Part shown: positions 1 to 10,157 of the stretch, one piece after another
Layout: every line of letters begins with the position of its first letter
How positions within the stretch are numbered: the first letter of the stretch is position 1
DNA from: a virus
Virus record (IMG/VR): IMGVR_UViG_3300021599_002733
Reading direction: 5' to 3' (one strand)
DNA: 64,000 bases
Translations under genes and position numbers: made by a program
Notes under the pieces: generated by a model
What the model was told of the DNA's origin: nothing
The model's input: the letters and a program-made list of their open reading frames with translations, nothing else
Database searches by the model: none

Positions 1-1033
1 CTGTTGCTATACCTACAAGTAAATATCCAAATTCTTTGGTACCAATTTGACCTTTATATTCAGCTACTTGTGTATTTGTTTCAATATCTAAAATATGGAA
101 TGCTGAGTAATCTCTAGAATCACCTCTAGCAACATCCGCTATAACCATATATGAACGGGAATAATCAGCTGGTTCCCATACCCATAGGTTTCTGTCGGCT
201 CCACGTTTCTCTAGTGGTTCTTTTACATATGTTTTTTCATAGAATTCTATAAATTCAGAATAGAATACAACATCACCTGAGGTACTAAAGTCACAGTCAC
301 ATTCTTGGGCTGCTTGTCTAGGATCACCTAGCAATTCATCTTGCTTATCTCTCCAAGCTTGATCACGTTCAGGGTGAACAAACCATGGTAATCTAACGGG
401 TAAAAAATCGTTTTCTTGGTTTTCTGCTCTAACCCATGTTTGATGAAACCAGTTACCAGTACCATAAGGGGTAGATAGTACAATAGCTCCACCACCCGTT
501 GCTAGGGTTTGTTGAGCTGAAGCCCATGTCTCACCAATATTTTCAATGAAGGCTGCCTCATCTACTAGTAGCAAAGATACTGCTTCTGATCGTGCTGCGT
601 CTGCATTTGATGATTTTGCTTTAATTTGAGAACCATTGGTTAAACGAAGTGTTAATTTATTGTTTTCTTCTGCTGGTACTTTGAGCCATGAAGGTAAATT
701 TTCGTACATGAATTTTACCTTAGTTACCATGTTTTTGGCTGTTTCTTGTGTAGTTGCTATACACAGCACGTTTTTGTCTTGATGGAATATCATTAACCAC
801 AAAGCATATCCTGCTCCCAATGTTGATATACCCAACTGTCTAGATTTAAGTACAATAGAGTATGGATTATCTTTCCATAAATGAAGTACTTTCTCTTGAA
901 ATGGATATAAATTAAATTGAATTCTACCTCGTTGTGGATGTTGGATAAAACAATATTTTCGCATAAAATGTGCTGGGTCGGAGGCACATTTAATATATTC
1001 TTGGCGAAGTATCTGTTTTATGTCTTGGCTCAT
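1..1033 (-). CDS. terL: Terminase large subunit, T4 gp17-like (partial; runs off the window start)
   Basis: Absent from the ORF track. Manual translation from ATG 1033: MSQDIKQILRQEYIKCASDPAHFMRKYCFIQHPQRG...LYPFQ...LKSRQLGISTL, with the gp17 Q-motif and Walker A. Downstream sequence includes VDEAAF (Walker B), STPYG and QECDCDF. Confidence 0.95.
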   Translation of the reverse strand, partial: MSQDIKQILRQEYIKCASDPAHFMRKYCFIQHPQRGRIQFNLYPFQEKVLHLWKDNPYSIVLKSRQLGISTLGAGYALWLMIFHQDKNVLCIATTQETAKNMVTKVKFMYENLPSWLKVPAEENNKLTLRLTNGSQIKAKSSNADAARSEAVSLLLVDEAAFIENIGETWASAQQTLATGGGAIVLSTPYGTGNWFHQTWVRAENQENDFLPVRLPWFVHPERDQAWRDKQDELLGDPRQAAQECDCDFSTSGDVVFYSEFIEFYEKTYVKEPLEKRGADRNLWVWEPADYSRSYMVIADVARGDSRDYSAFHILDIETNTQVAEYKGQIGTKEFGYLLVGIAT

Positions 1034-1599
1034 TATTTTTTAATTTTAATATTGTTAATGACTGCAATTGTATCTTGCATACATTCACTATATACTTTAG
1101 AAGTGTAATATGGTTTGAATTTTAACAATCCCCACAAATATTTTTTATCCCAATCTTTATACAAGAATGTTGTTATATTATCGTTAAATGTCTTGCTAGT
1201 AAATGATATAGAATCTTTTTTAATGAATCCAGAAAACTTATAACATTTTTCAGCCAATGTAAAATATGCCTTTTCAGATATACTATCTTTTTTTAGTACA
1301 GTTGTAGTTAAAGTAGAATCTTTAAAGCGATATTGAGTTTCTACTATATCTGTAATATTTTTGGTTTTGATCTGGAGTAATTTGGCTATAGAATCGTATT
1401 TTGGGTATAATGTTTTAAGTTCATCTATAGTAAGTGATTGTTGTCTATTCTTATCTCCTATAAGAGCAATCATATTATTGTTGTATCGTTTACGCTCTTC
1501 TTTTTCGTGTTGGTATAGTTTAAATAGACCATATAGAGCCATCAAACATATTACTAGCACGGCTAGCAATCCAAGAATTAATTTGTTTTTTGTTATCAT
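1033..1599 (-). CDS. Membrane-anchored protein, possible spanin (DUF6549-like)
   Basis: N-terminal TM helix followed by a coiled coil; resembles Bacteroidota phage lysis-accessory proteins. Confidence 0.4.
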   Translation of the reverse strand: MITKNKLILGLLAVLVICLMALYGLFKLYQHEKEERKRYNNNMIALIGDKNRQQSLTIDELKTLYPKYDSIAKLLQIKTKNITDIVETQYRFKDSTLTTTVLKKDSISEKAYFTLAEKCYKFSGFIKKDSISFTSKTFNDNITTFLYKDWDKKYLWGLLKFKPYYTSKVYSECMQDTIAVINNIKIKK

Positions 1600-1679
1600 A
1601 TTGTAGAAAAAAGTGTCTGCTCTATATTAGAACAGACACATAATTATGTTAATATAAAAATAGAACCATTTAAATAAGA

Positions 1680-2660
1680 TTATGCTTCAACTTCTCTTCC
1701 AGCAGCACGTTTAAGATCTTTAATCATATTAGCAGGAAGTTTATATTCGTCTTTTGCTTTTTTCAAATACGCATCGATTACTTTTTTATCGTCTTTGTAT
1801 TTTTTGATGAATTTTAAACCAGTGTTAAATTTTTCTAGTTTATCCGAAGAAACATTACCAAATTCTTGTTCAGCAGATTTAACATCTTTTGCAGATGGTT
1901 CTTTTTCTGTTGATCCAAATTCTTCTTCTGATTTGTAGTATGTTGAATCATCTATTTCTTCAGCGTCTTCCTCTTCGTCTTTTGCTTTTGATTTTGATTT
2001 AGATTCTGGTTTTTCTTTTGCAGGTTTTTCTGCTTTTTCTTTTTTAGCTTTAGGTTCTTCTGCTTTCTTTTCAGATGATTTACGTCCGCGTTGTCCAGCT
2101 TCTTTTCCTGTTATTTGGTTAGCAGCATCTTTTTCGATAGTATTTGTTGAAATATCATCTTTAAATTTATCTCCTGCCTCTTCAGCATCTAGCATAACTA
2201 CAGTTAATAAATCTTGTAATCCAATATCGTGTGATGCTTTAAGTTCTTTTTTAAATGCAGATACATATCCTTTTAAACGACCATCTGAAGTAATGTTTGG
2301 GTCTTTTTTAAGGGCATCTAAAACTGTTTTCTCAGTAGCTTTAACAGCTTGAAGTTCTTTTTCTTTGCCTTGTTTCTCTAATTGAGCTTTCAATTGTTTG
2401 ATACTAGCCATTTCATTAAGAGTTTCCTCATCAATTTGATATTTATCGGCTAATTCTTTAATTTTTTGTCCAGCTGTAGTTTTAATCCCAGCAATATTAG
2501 AATCTTGTTTTAATTTATTTACTTCGGCTTTTTCAACAGGGCTATTATATGGTAAAGTATCACTTTCACCTTTTTTATTTGTGATTATAACATTAGTAGT
2601 TTCACTTAAAGCGCTAGTAATTTCTTCACGTATAATTTCGAGTAAACGAGTTTTTTTCAT
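1680..2660 (-). CDS. Highly charged late protein, probable head-internal protein
   Basis: N-terminus MKKTRLLEIIREE; K/E-rich; late motif ATATTTATA upstream. Confidence 0.5.
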   Translation of the reverse strand: MKKTRLLEIIREEITSALSETTNVIITNKKGESDTLPYNSPVEKAEVNKLKQDSNIAGIKTTAGQKIKELADKYQIDEETLNEMASIKQLKAQLEKQGKEKELQAVKATEKTVLDALKKDPNITSDGRLKGYVSAFKKELKASHDIGLQDLLTVVMLDAEEAGDKFKDDISTNTIEKDAANQITGKEAGQRGRKSSEKKAEEPKAKKEKAEKPAKEKPESKSKSKAKDEEEDAEEIDDSTYYKSEEEFGSTEKEPSAKDVKSAEQEFGNVSSDKLEKFNTGLKFIKKYKDDKKVIDAYLKKAKDEYKLPANMIKDLKRAAGREVEA

Positions 2661-2684
2661 TTTAATATATTTTTGTTATAAATA

Positions 2685-3215
2685 TTAAGAAAACATTACT
2701 TGTTTAATTTTTTCAATCCTTTCCTCGGTTGTACCAGATAGTTCAACATATTTTTTAATTTTATTTCTGTTGGATGAAATAATTTTTTTAATTTCTTTAT
2801 CTATCTTCATTCTATATTCAGGATCAATTGCACGCACTCCATTATCCTCTAATTCAACTCCCTCAGGTGAAACATAAAATACATAGTCATACTCTGAGAT
2901 TAAACGTGATGCTAGTTGATCAAATTCATCACATACATAATGTGGGATTGATTTAGCTAGATGTGTAAATGCTATAACATCAATTACTGTGCGATCTGTT
3001 ATGATTCTTGGTTGGATCAATTCACTAGCACGTTCAGCTAAAAATATCATTTGACCTTTAATTGTTGAATCTGTATTTAAAGGTATTCCCAAATCACGTA
3101 AATATTTTGAACGTTCAGTTGCAAATGTATATTCTGTGAATTCAGGGAGTTCCTTTAATGCGTTTACTAGTGTTGTTTTACCTACACTTACTGTACCTAC
3201 AAATCCTATCTTCAT
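2685..3215 (-). CDS. P-loop kinase, AAA_28/NadR-like (dNMP-kinase-like)
   Basis: GTVSVGKTT Walker A; ITDRT; YDYVFY...EDNGVR. Confidence 0.8.
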   Translation of the reverse strand: MKIGFVGTVSVGKTTLVNALKELPEFTEYTFATERSKYLRDLGIPLNTDSTIKGQMIFLAERASELIQPRIITDRTVIDVIAFTHLAKSIPHYVCDEFDQLASRLISEYDYVFYVSPEGVELEDNGVRAIDPEYRMKIDKEIKKIISSNRNKIKKYVELSGTTEERIEKIKQVMFS

Positions 3216-3216
3216 A

Positions 3217-3450
3217 TTAAAATCTTGATTTAGCTACACCACTTTTATAATATGGTAATCCATCACCACCTTTTTTAGCTGCTTTCCACTCAGCTTCTGT
3301 ATATTTGAGTCCGTTAATATAGTATTCTCTTTTGGATTCATCACCTTCAGGTATAAAAGCAGGACCTTCTAAGTTATGCATTTTACCATCCAAATAATAT
3401 ACTATAGTTCCATTAGGAGAAACTAACCTCTTTGTTTGTGTGTTTGACAT
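3217..3450 (-). CDS. Small MORN-variant repeat protein
   Basis: YYLDGKMHNLEGPA...EYYING pattern. Confidence 0.6.
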   Translation of the reverse strand: MSNTQTKRLVSPNGTIVYYLDGKMHNLEGPAFIPEGDESKREYYINGLKYTEAEWKAAKKGGDGLPYYKSGVAKSRF

Positions 3451-3455
3451 ATATT

Positions 3456-4793
3456 TTATTTTAATAAATTTTCTGCTACATAAATTGCTTGCGCTCCTGA
3501 TACTGTAATTCCACGAGCACTTAAAGCATCACCCACGAAATGTACGTTAGAATAGTCAATCAAACTAAGGTTTTTATAATCTACTTTAACCTCAGGCGAT
3601 AGATATTTTACCTCAGGTATATAGATCCCCCAATCATCTCCCAATGTTGGGAATACTTTTTTCATGTCTTGAATAAAATCCATAACATATTTAAAGTAAC
3701 CTTCCATAACAGGTTCAACAACATGAGTTAATGTATCTAAACTAATTTGGGTACTAGATACTTCATATCCTTCAGACGTTCTTGAAGGTTTTCTTGAAGG
3801 AGAATAATACAAACCAGTTCTATCATTCCCTAATGGGTTATGAGGTTTATAGGTATATTGTAATTGGTTTACCACATTACGTGACCAAGTAAATGGATCC
3901 TCAATACCATTAATTTCCATTAATATACCAAAGTTAGTCATATTGTTTCTATATGCTTCATCTTTCTTTGCGTGGCCATTATATGAATGATCACCATAAG
4001 TTTCCTCTACAGCAACATAAGCAGCATTATTGTTTGTACAAAATGAACGTAATGAAACACCTTCATCATCAAATTTTCTATATAACTTAAAGTCATATGA
4101 AATATCAATTAATTTTTGAAAGTGTTCTTGTGGTGCTTCAAATCGAACTCCAATTTGTACTGATTTAGGTTCATCTGGTAATTCATATTCGTTTGCTAGT
4201 TGTTGAGCGAAGTCAATACCTGATTTACCTACAGCAAATATAAGCTCATCATATTGAATTTCACCTGCAAAGTGATGGTTTGCAAGTGATACTTCATTTT
4301 TAGTAAAATCAATACTATAAACTTTATGTTCCCATACAAATTCTACACCTTTAGATACTAAATAATCGTACCAATTTTTTCCTATTTCGTGTAGGTAGTC
4401 AGTTCCAATATGATAAACCCCAAATAAACGCAGACCGAAATATGGTTTAATGAAATCTGGTTCTTCTGTTGGGTTTGAGTACATGATTTTGGATGGGTCT
4501 GGGTGGAATCGTTTCCATGTTTCTATAACTTCATCCATTAACTGGTATGCTTTTTCTTCTCCACAATATTTTGAAAGTTGTCCTCCGATCATGTGGTGAT
4601 ATGTTAATTTACCGTCAGAGAATCCTCCACTCCCTAGCCAACCTGACATTACCTCTTCTGGTTTTCGGTTATATGGGTCTTTACCCATATCAATTACTGT
4701 AATGAGTTCTCCAGGGTAACCATTATCTACTAACTTTGTTATGGCATGAGCACCCGCTACACCACCACCAACTACTACAATTTTTTTATCCAT
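3456..4793 (-). CDS. FAD/NAD-dependent oxidoreductase (COG2509-like)
   Basis: VVGGGVAG dinucleotide fold; GSGGFSDGKL; IGVRFE; RSFCTN; PEVKY; VGD...RGI. Start moved to MDKK (4793), downstream of the promoter. Confidence 0.85.
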   Translation of the reverse strand: MDKKIVVVGGGVAGAHAITKLVDNGYPGELITVIDMGKDPYNRKPEEVMSGWLGSGGFSDGKLTYHHMIGGQLSKYCGEEKAYQLMDEVIETWKRFHPDPSKIMYSNPTEEPDFIKPYFGLRLFGVYHIGTDYLHEIGKNWYDYLVSKGVEFVWEHKVYSIDFTKNEVSLANHHFAGEIQYDELIFAVGKSGIDFAQQLANEYELPDEPKSVQIGVRFEAPQEHFQKLIDISYDFKLYRKFDDEGVSLRSFCTNNNAAYVAVEETYGDHSYNGHAKKDEAYRNNMTNFGILMEINGIEDPFTWSRNVVNQLQYTYKPHNPLGNDRTGLYYSPSRKPSRTSEGYEVSSTQISLDTLTHVVEPVMEGYFKYVMDFIQDMKKVFPTLGDDWGIYIPEVKYLSPEVKVDYKNLSLIDYSNVHFVGDALSARGITVSGAQAIYVAENLLK

Positions 4794-4811
4794 ATTATAT
4801 TTTATAATTTT

Positions 4812-4840
4812 AATATACAAAAAAAAGTAGCCCAATCCAA
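4812..4840 (-). promoter_or_regulatory. Host-type (Bacteroidota sigma) promoter TTGG-N17-TGTATATT
   Basis: The same architecture (N17-18) occurs at about 34819, 36424, 57370 and 61310. Confidence 0.6.
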
Positions 4841-4906
4841 AGATCGGGCTACAACTCCAAAAATATTTTTTAAGCGACTAGGCTATAGATCTAGTCTAAA
4901 TGTTTA

Positions 4907-5380
4907 TTAAATTGGTTTAATTACTATAGTATTTTTTCCTATTATGTCTTCTAGTGTGTATTTTGTTTTATCTAAAAATTTATTTAATGTTTGTCTATAC
5001 AATCTATGACGTAAATTATCATTAGCTTCTAAATAAAATTCTGTAAAATATTCTGTATAGTATTTTAAAATTTCGTTTAAGAAAATATAGATAAATGTGT
5101 TAAATATTTTTTCATCATATGTGGGGGGTTTATCATAACGTTTATTTCCGTTTTCATCTACCCATCCAAATTTAATTTCAGCTATTGTATCTCCTTTATA
5201 AAGGGATTGGTTTAAAATTATAAAATGTTGAATATCCTTTCTATCTTTAAACACCCATAAATTTTTACGAGTATGTTCAAAATCATAATGATTATCAGGA
5301 TTAACAGATTCAAACATTAACTCATATGAAGAGACTATAAGCTCTTCTCGAATTAATTGTTTTAAATCTTGTTTTTTCAT
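4907..5380 (-). CDS. Hypothetical protein with N-terminal LKQLIREE tag
   Basis: ORF track; shared N-terminal motif. Confidence 0.6.
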   Translation of the reverse strand: MKKQDLKQLIREELIVSSYELMFESVNPDNHYDFEHTRKNLWVFKDRKDIQHFIILNQSLYKGDTIAEIKFGWVDENGNKRYDKPPTYDEKIFNTFIYIFLNEILKYYTEYFTEFYLEANDNLRHRLYRQTLNKFLDKTKYTLEDIIGKNTIVIKPI

Positions 5381-5637
5381 GATTTATATATTTTTAATTT
5401 TAAATTACCATTTCCCTTAATTACTCTGTGCCACATATGTTTAGGGATATGGATTTGTTCGTTTAGTGAGGTTGGTAATTGATTATCAAGTTGCAATTTC
5501 CAATCTGTTTCTCCAAGTATCTCTATTGTTCTAGATTCATCATCACGGTGCCATAAAAGTTCAATTGGGTCTATATTTTCGTTAAACTCACGAATAATAT
5601 ATTTGTCTGTAACTTCTATGTCAGTGTATGGGGTCAT
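5377..5637 (-). CDS. Small cupin-fold protein
   Basis: WHRD...IPKHMWHRVIKG cupin motifs. Confidence 0.7.
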   Translation of the reverse strand: MTPYTDIEVTDKYIIREFNENIDPIELLWHRDDESRTIEILGETDWKLQLDNQLPTSLNEQIHIPKHMWHRVIKGNGNLKLKIYKS

Positions 5638-5954
5638 AAACCTAGATTATCTTTAACAAAATAATGGGCTATATCCCAGGCTTGTTTAGGAGACATATTG
5701 TATTTAAGTTCTAAAGTTTTCATTATAGCTCTCTCCACATATTCATGCAATATTACTTTTTCAATTTCATCCAAAGGAGTCTTATCTGAGATGAATATTT
5801 CGTCCTCTGGTATGTGGGTGCTTTCTTTACCATAATGATGGCTACCTAGATAATTGTTCCATACAGGGTATAATTTACTTAAAATAGAGGAATCAATCAA
5901 ATATACTTTGATTCCATCTATAGTAGTCAATAGTTGTTTTTTATATGAAATCAT
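5634..5954 (-). CDS. Hypothetical protein (HExxE zincin-like motif)
   Basis: VILHEYVE...AH. Confidence 0.45.
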   Translation of the reverse strand: MISYKKQLLTTIDGIKVYLIDSSILSKLYPVWNNYLGSHHYGKESTHIPEDEIFISDKTPLDEIEKVILHEYVERAIMKTLELKYNMSPKQAWDIAHYFVKDNLGL

Positions 5955-6388
5955 TCTCCTTTACGCTCTTGCCACTCGTAAGATATGCTATCTTTTTCAA
6001 TAGGACCACCTTTTGCCCATGTTCTACAAGTACGAGCAGAATGGCATTTAAAACTATGCATCCAACAATATCCTAGTCTTCCATCTTCATCTGATAATGG
6101 GCCGGGCATACAATCTTCCATTCTTGGGGAAATATCAAATGCAGCACAATTAGCACATAAAGATTGTTTAGCTGCTTCAACTGTTGTGTCCCAATGTTCT
6201 GCTAATTCATCCCAGTAATCACCAGGTTCATCAACATTTAAAGGACCATATTTAATATAGTCTGCTTTGATAGCTGAATCTCTATTTCTAGTGTTTAATT
6301 CTAAATCTTGGGTAGGTAAAGGGCAAGACATTGCCGCCTCATATAATTTACCTTCAGCTAAATATTTTTTTAAATCAAAATTATCCAT
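5951..6388 (-). CDS. Cys-rich hypothetical protein
   Basis: Likely start MDNFDLKKYLAE (6388); CANCAAF...GYC...FKC...TC..W. Confidence 0.6.
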   Translation of the reverse strand: MDNFDLKKYLAEGKLYEAAMSCPLPTQDLELNTRNRDSAIKADYIKYGPLNVDEPGDYWDELAEHWDTTVEAAKQSLCANCAAFDISPRMEDCMPGPLSDEDGRLGYCWMHSFKCHSARTCRTWAKGGPIEKDSISYEWQERKGE

Positions 6389-6389
6389 A

Positions 6390-6857
6390 TTATTTTGTTT
6401 TTCCCCATTTAGTACCTTTTCCAGGTGTTTTACATTGTGCTGCTGTAGGACGACATGAAGGATATTTTGAGCGTGTTTCTCCTTTTTCCCTACCACATGC
6501 TTTACATTTTGTTTTTCCGTCTACTTCACGGCAAGTATTGCAATCTACCCATCCACCTTTTTTACCAGGTTCACCTTTACGTGAAAACCATTTACGTAAA
6601 GATTCGTCTTCTTGGATAATGTTTAGAATAGTTTCTTTTAATTTAGCATATCCTGATCCGTAAGGGGCAGCTTTACCTGATTGAGGGTTGTCTGTTTCTT
6701 TTAGGTCTTTCCAAATATCTCCTTTACGACATCTAACTACAGCACCAGATTTGTAAGCGGAAGGTTTATCGAATTTGCGATCAGCAATGCGTAAACATCT
6801 GTCGCGTTTTTTTTCCTCTTGTAGGACTTCTTGTATTATTTTTTGAAGTCTATTCAT
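6390..6857 (-). CDS. Basic Cys-containing phage protein (DUF5872-like)
   Basis: SAYKSG; LRKWF...WVD...CGR...YPSCRP. Confidence 0.5.
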   Translation of the reverse strand: MNRLQKIIQEVLQEEKKRDRCLRIADRKFDKPSAYKSGAVVRCRKGDIWKDLKETDNPQSGKAAPYGSGYAKLKETILNIIQEDESLRKWFSRKGEPGKKGGWVDCNTCREVDGKTKCKACGREKGETRSKYPSCRPTAAQCKTPGKGTKWGKTK

Positions 6858-7025
6858 TTAATACTTTTGTCTTTCTTTTTCAAATAACTCATCGTCTTGT
6901 AAAATCCTATTTAAACGATCACATTCATCCAAAAATGCTTGGACTTTTGGAGATATATTTGTTGAATCTTCTTTTAATGTTCTTTTAGATTCGAGTTTTT
7001 CTAAATATTTTTCTATAGGTCCCAT
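6858..7025 (-). CDS. Hypothetical protein
   Basis: ORF track; likely start MGPIEKY, which avoids the overlap. Confidence 0.45.
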   Translation of the reverse strand: MGPIEKYLEKLESKRTLKEDSTNISPKVQAFLDECDRLNRILQDDELFEKERQKY

Positions 7026-7035
7026 AATATTTTTA

Positions 7036-7716
7036 TCACCAATACCCACTAAAGTTTTTTGCACCTCCTAGTTGTTTCCAGTAACGACCGATTCTACAAC
7101 TCCAATATGAAGGTTTTGTACGGTCAGTTTTTTCAGAACATCTATGTCTTTTCGCAAATGCTTGTCTAGCTTTAGGGTCATTGATTTTAACAGATAATCC
7201 AGTTGTGCCTCCAAAACTAACTTTTTTAATTTTTTTAGTTTTTGGATTACGAACATAAACATAGAATTTTTTAGATCCACCACGTTTTGGTTTTCCAATT
7301 GGTGGGTTTTTCTTTTTATCTTTTGCTTCTTCTAGTTCGTCTTCCTCTAACATAGGTATGTCCAATGGTACTTTAACACCTTCATATATTCCATATTCAC
7401 CTAAATCAGTTTCTGTTAAAATTTCTCTATCATCTTCATTTACATGAATCGCTTCACGGACATACAGATAACGAGCTTCCGACCATAAATTAAGGAAAGC
7501 TTCAGAGCCATATCGGAACGTGTTTTCTGTAAGTGGTAATTGATTATCCACATGATATTGCAGATTTTCCGATAGTATTTCTTTTTTAACTAAACTTTCG
7601 TTTATAAGCACTCCGGGATTACCAACATTTTCACATGTATGACATCCACAATTACACTCATCTTTTTTGGGTGGTGTAGATAATACTTCTTTTATTAGTT
7701 TACGTAAGCGTTCCAT
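7036..7716 (-). CDS. Phage protein with C-terminal DUF5754-like basic domain
   Basis: KKFYVYV...KKVSFG...FAKRH.C...YWS. Confidence 0.55.
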   Translation of the reverse strand: MERLRKLIKEVLSTPPKKDECNCGCHTCENVGNPGVLINESLVKKEILSENLQYHVDNQLPLTENTFRYGSEAFLNLWSEARYLYVREAIHVNEDDREILTETDLGEYGIYEGVKVPLDIPMLEEDELEEAKDKKKNPPIGKPKRGGSKKFYVYVRNPKTKKIKKVSFGGTTGLSVKINDPKARQAFAKRHRCSEKTDRTKPSYWSCRIGRYWKQLGGAKNFSGYW

Positions 7717-8876
7717 TATTTTAAATCATTAAAATCTATCTCTGCACTAGATCCTTTTAGGTCTTGGTCTTTATATAATAATCCTTTACTAAAAGATCTA
7801 AATTCAATTCCATAGGCTTGACCGATATGATTAGAAAAAGCAAATACAGGTTCATCAAATGTTCCTTCTATATCTGAAATATCATCATATATAATATGGC
7901 AATTTAAAGTTAAAATTCCATTTTCAAATGTATAATCATCATATCCACCTTCAAATGTTTCTTTAACTACTATTGTTTTTGGGTTATCTTTTCCAAATAC
8001 TACTTGTTCTAAAACATCTTCGGGAGTATTTTTAACTACTACTTTGGAGAGTACTTGATTTGTTGTTGGATTATATAGTTTATATTTTCCTTGTCTATCT
8101 AAAGGATAAAGAACTACATTTTCAAAATCCCCAACTTCATCATCTGATCCTACAATTCCAACTTTGTCTAGGAATGCTTTAAATATATTTACTCCTCCAA
8201 TGGGTCTACTTTTAGAACTTTCCCATCGGATAGCATCCCTTTTCTTTAAAGAAATATTAGCTACTACTTTATTACTAGGATCTAAAAGTTGAGTATCTGC
8301 TTTTGCAAATTCAGTTGCACCTTCTACTGATGCATCTTTTGCATTTTGTACGTTAGGTATTTTGATATTTTTCTTGGAGCTTTTTAATACAACAGTTATA
8401 GGGCCTCCATTTTCAGCTACTTTATTATTAATTAAATCATTAAATGATGCTTCGTTTACTTTTCCTGCTGATTGAGCTCCTTGGCCTGAAAGTGGTTTAA
8501 GGATTACTTCTATACCTTCTGGTGATTTTACTCCACCTTGGGATGAACCTTTAATATTTGGGTCTCTTTCAAATCCCATATCAACTAATTTCCGTAAAAC
8601 ACCAGGTCTAGAATCATCTGTTAGAATAAGGATACGATTAGCAGCATCAGAAAGAATATTTTCTTTGGGGATTTGTAGTTCTTTAGATATGTTTAAAGCT
8701 ACTTCTTGGGCTTTAGATGATAATTTTTCAAATGGGCCTTTAGCTTCTTCTAAATCTACCCCCATTTTTTTTAATTCAGACTCAATAATTAAGATATCCT
8801 GTTTATTTTTCATATCAGGATATCCTTTAGGGAATTTGTATGCTATACTATATAAAAATTGTTCTAAAACGTCCAT
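7716..8876 (-). CDS. Putative PD-(D/E)xK-fold nuclease-like protein
   Basis: NE...KADTQL...ISLK pattern; likely start MDVLEQF (8876). Confidence 0.45.
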   Translation of the reverse strand: MDVLEQFLYSIAYKFPKGYPDMKNKQDILIIESELKKMGVDLEEAKGPFEKLSSKAQEVALNISKELQIPKENILSDAANRILILTDDSRPGVLRKLVDMGFERDPNIKGSSQGGVKSPEGIEVILKPLSGQGAQSAGKVNEASFNDLINNKVAENGGPITVVLKSSKKNIKIPNVQNAKDASVEGATEFAKADTQLLDPSNKVVANISLKKRDAIRWESSKSRPIGGVNIFKAFLDKVGIVGSDDEVGDFENVVLYPLDRQGKYKLYNPTTNQVLSKVVVKNTPEDVLEQVVFGKDNPKTIVVKETFEGGYDDYTFENGILTLNCHIIYDDISDIEGTFDEPVFAFSNHIGQAYGIEFRSFSKGLLYKDQDLKGSSAEIDFNDLK

Positions 8877-8877
8877 T

Positions 8878-9339
8878 TTATGCCGGTGTTTCTTCTGGGG
8901 TTTCTGTTGGTGGTGTTTCCTCAACTGGTGGAGTTTCTTCCATTGTTGTATCTTCTAAAGGTGCTTCCGGTTCTGCTTTGGATCCATATTTTAAAATACG
9001 TCCGATTGCTTCTGCTGCTCTTTCTTCTTCTGGGAGATTAAGTAGGTAGTATTTTTTGCCTTCAACTTGGGCAATCCAACTGCGTTTACCATATGTAAGA
9101 TAAAAATCTTGTCCGTTTTTCAAATTAATACGGAAAGTAGTAGGACGTGGAGCAACCCAATCAATTGAGGATAAAAAATTACTAAATTCATTTGTCATTA
9201 AATCAATAATAACCTGTTTTAACTCGGGGAATTTTGTAAGTTCATCATATTCAACGGCAGCTTCTTCTGCTTGTTCCCGCCCCTTGACAACTTCGGGGGC
9301 AAGTTGTTTAATACGTGCTATGAGTTCTTCTCGCGTCAT
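8878..9339 (-). CDS. Hypothetical protein, E/P/T-rich tail
   Basis: ORF track. Confidence 0.6.
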   Translation of the reverse strand: MTREELIARIKQLAPEVVKGREQAEEAAVEYDELTKFPELKQVIIDLMTNEFSNFLSSIDWVAPRPTTFRINLKNGQDFYLTYGKRSWIAQVEGKKYYLLNLPEEERAAEAIGRILKYGSKAEPEAPLEDTTMEETPPVEETPPTETPEETPA

Positions 9340-10154
9340 TATTTTTTATCTTTAAGACGTTGCATTATTTTTTCTGCAATCGTTTCTTTCATTTTCATAG
9401 ATTTTGAAGTAGCAATTTTACCTGCTTTTTCATCAGACATCCCTTGTGATTTTAGGGCATCATAAATCTCACCTCTTTTTTTGATTTGTTTTTTTGACAT
9501 CTCATCAATCACCTCTTCTTGATTCATAACACTAGTCATAGCATCAATTTGTGGTTCTTTTAATTCAAAATCAAGATAATGTTTTGCTGAAACTAGCATT
9601 GATTTGGCTTGGATAATTTTTGATTGCCACCAATGCGGGAAATCAACTTCTTGTTCACCTTCAAATTGATCAACCATTTTGTAAAGTTCCATAGCATATT
9701 TTCCGATACGATATAGATCTGATTTAAGCATATGAGGTTCATCATCTTCGTGTCCTAGGTCAAGATCCTCATTTTGCATTGATTTTTTATCTTGAGATGC
9801 TTTTTTCATTGATTCTTCTTTATCTCCATCTTTGTCAATATCTAAAAAATCAGGTTTTGCTTTTTTCTCATCTAAAGGTTTAGACAAAGCAGCTCTAACC
9901 ATTTCACGTAATTTATCCTCTTTCATTTCTTTAGCTTCAGGTTTTTGTAGAGATTGCTCTACTTCTTTTTCATTTGCTTTTTTAGCTTGGTTAATAGCAG
10001 TGGCGCGGATATACTTTCCAGCACCCGCACCCTTACTATTAAAAATTTTTTCTCCTCGAGATTTTATAATAGCCATCTCGATTTGATCAGCTCTTTTTTT
10101 AACTTCAGGAGTTATAATTTCATTCAATATGTTATTTATCTCCTTGTTAGTCAT
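9339..10154 (-). CDS. Charged late protein, probable head-internal protein
   Basis: Several L/I-x-E sites; DIDKDGD motif; FPHWWQSKI. Confidence 0.5.
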   Translation of the reverse strand: MTNKEINNILNEIITPEVKKRADQIEMAIIKSRGEKIFNSKGAGAGKYIRATAINQAKKANEKEVEQSLQKPEAKEMKEDKLREMVRAALSKPLDEKKAKPDFLDIDKDGDKEESMKKASQDKKSMQNEDLDLGHEDDEPHMLKSDLYRIGKYAMELYKMVDQFEGEQEVDFPHWWQSKIIQAKSMLVSAKHYLDFELKEPQIDAMTSVMNQEEVIDEMSKKQIKKRGEIYDALKSQGMSDEKAGKIATSKSMKMKETIAEKIMQRLKDKK

Positions 10155-10157
10155 ATT

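Noticed and set aside
793-1108. Track ORFs 793-987(-) and 917-1108(+)
   Set aside because: Alternative frames over the terminase gene.
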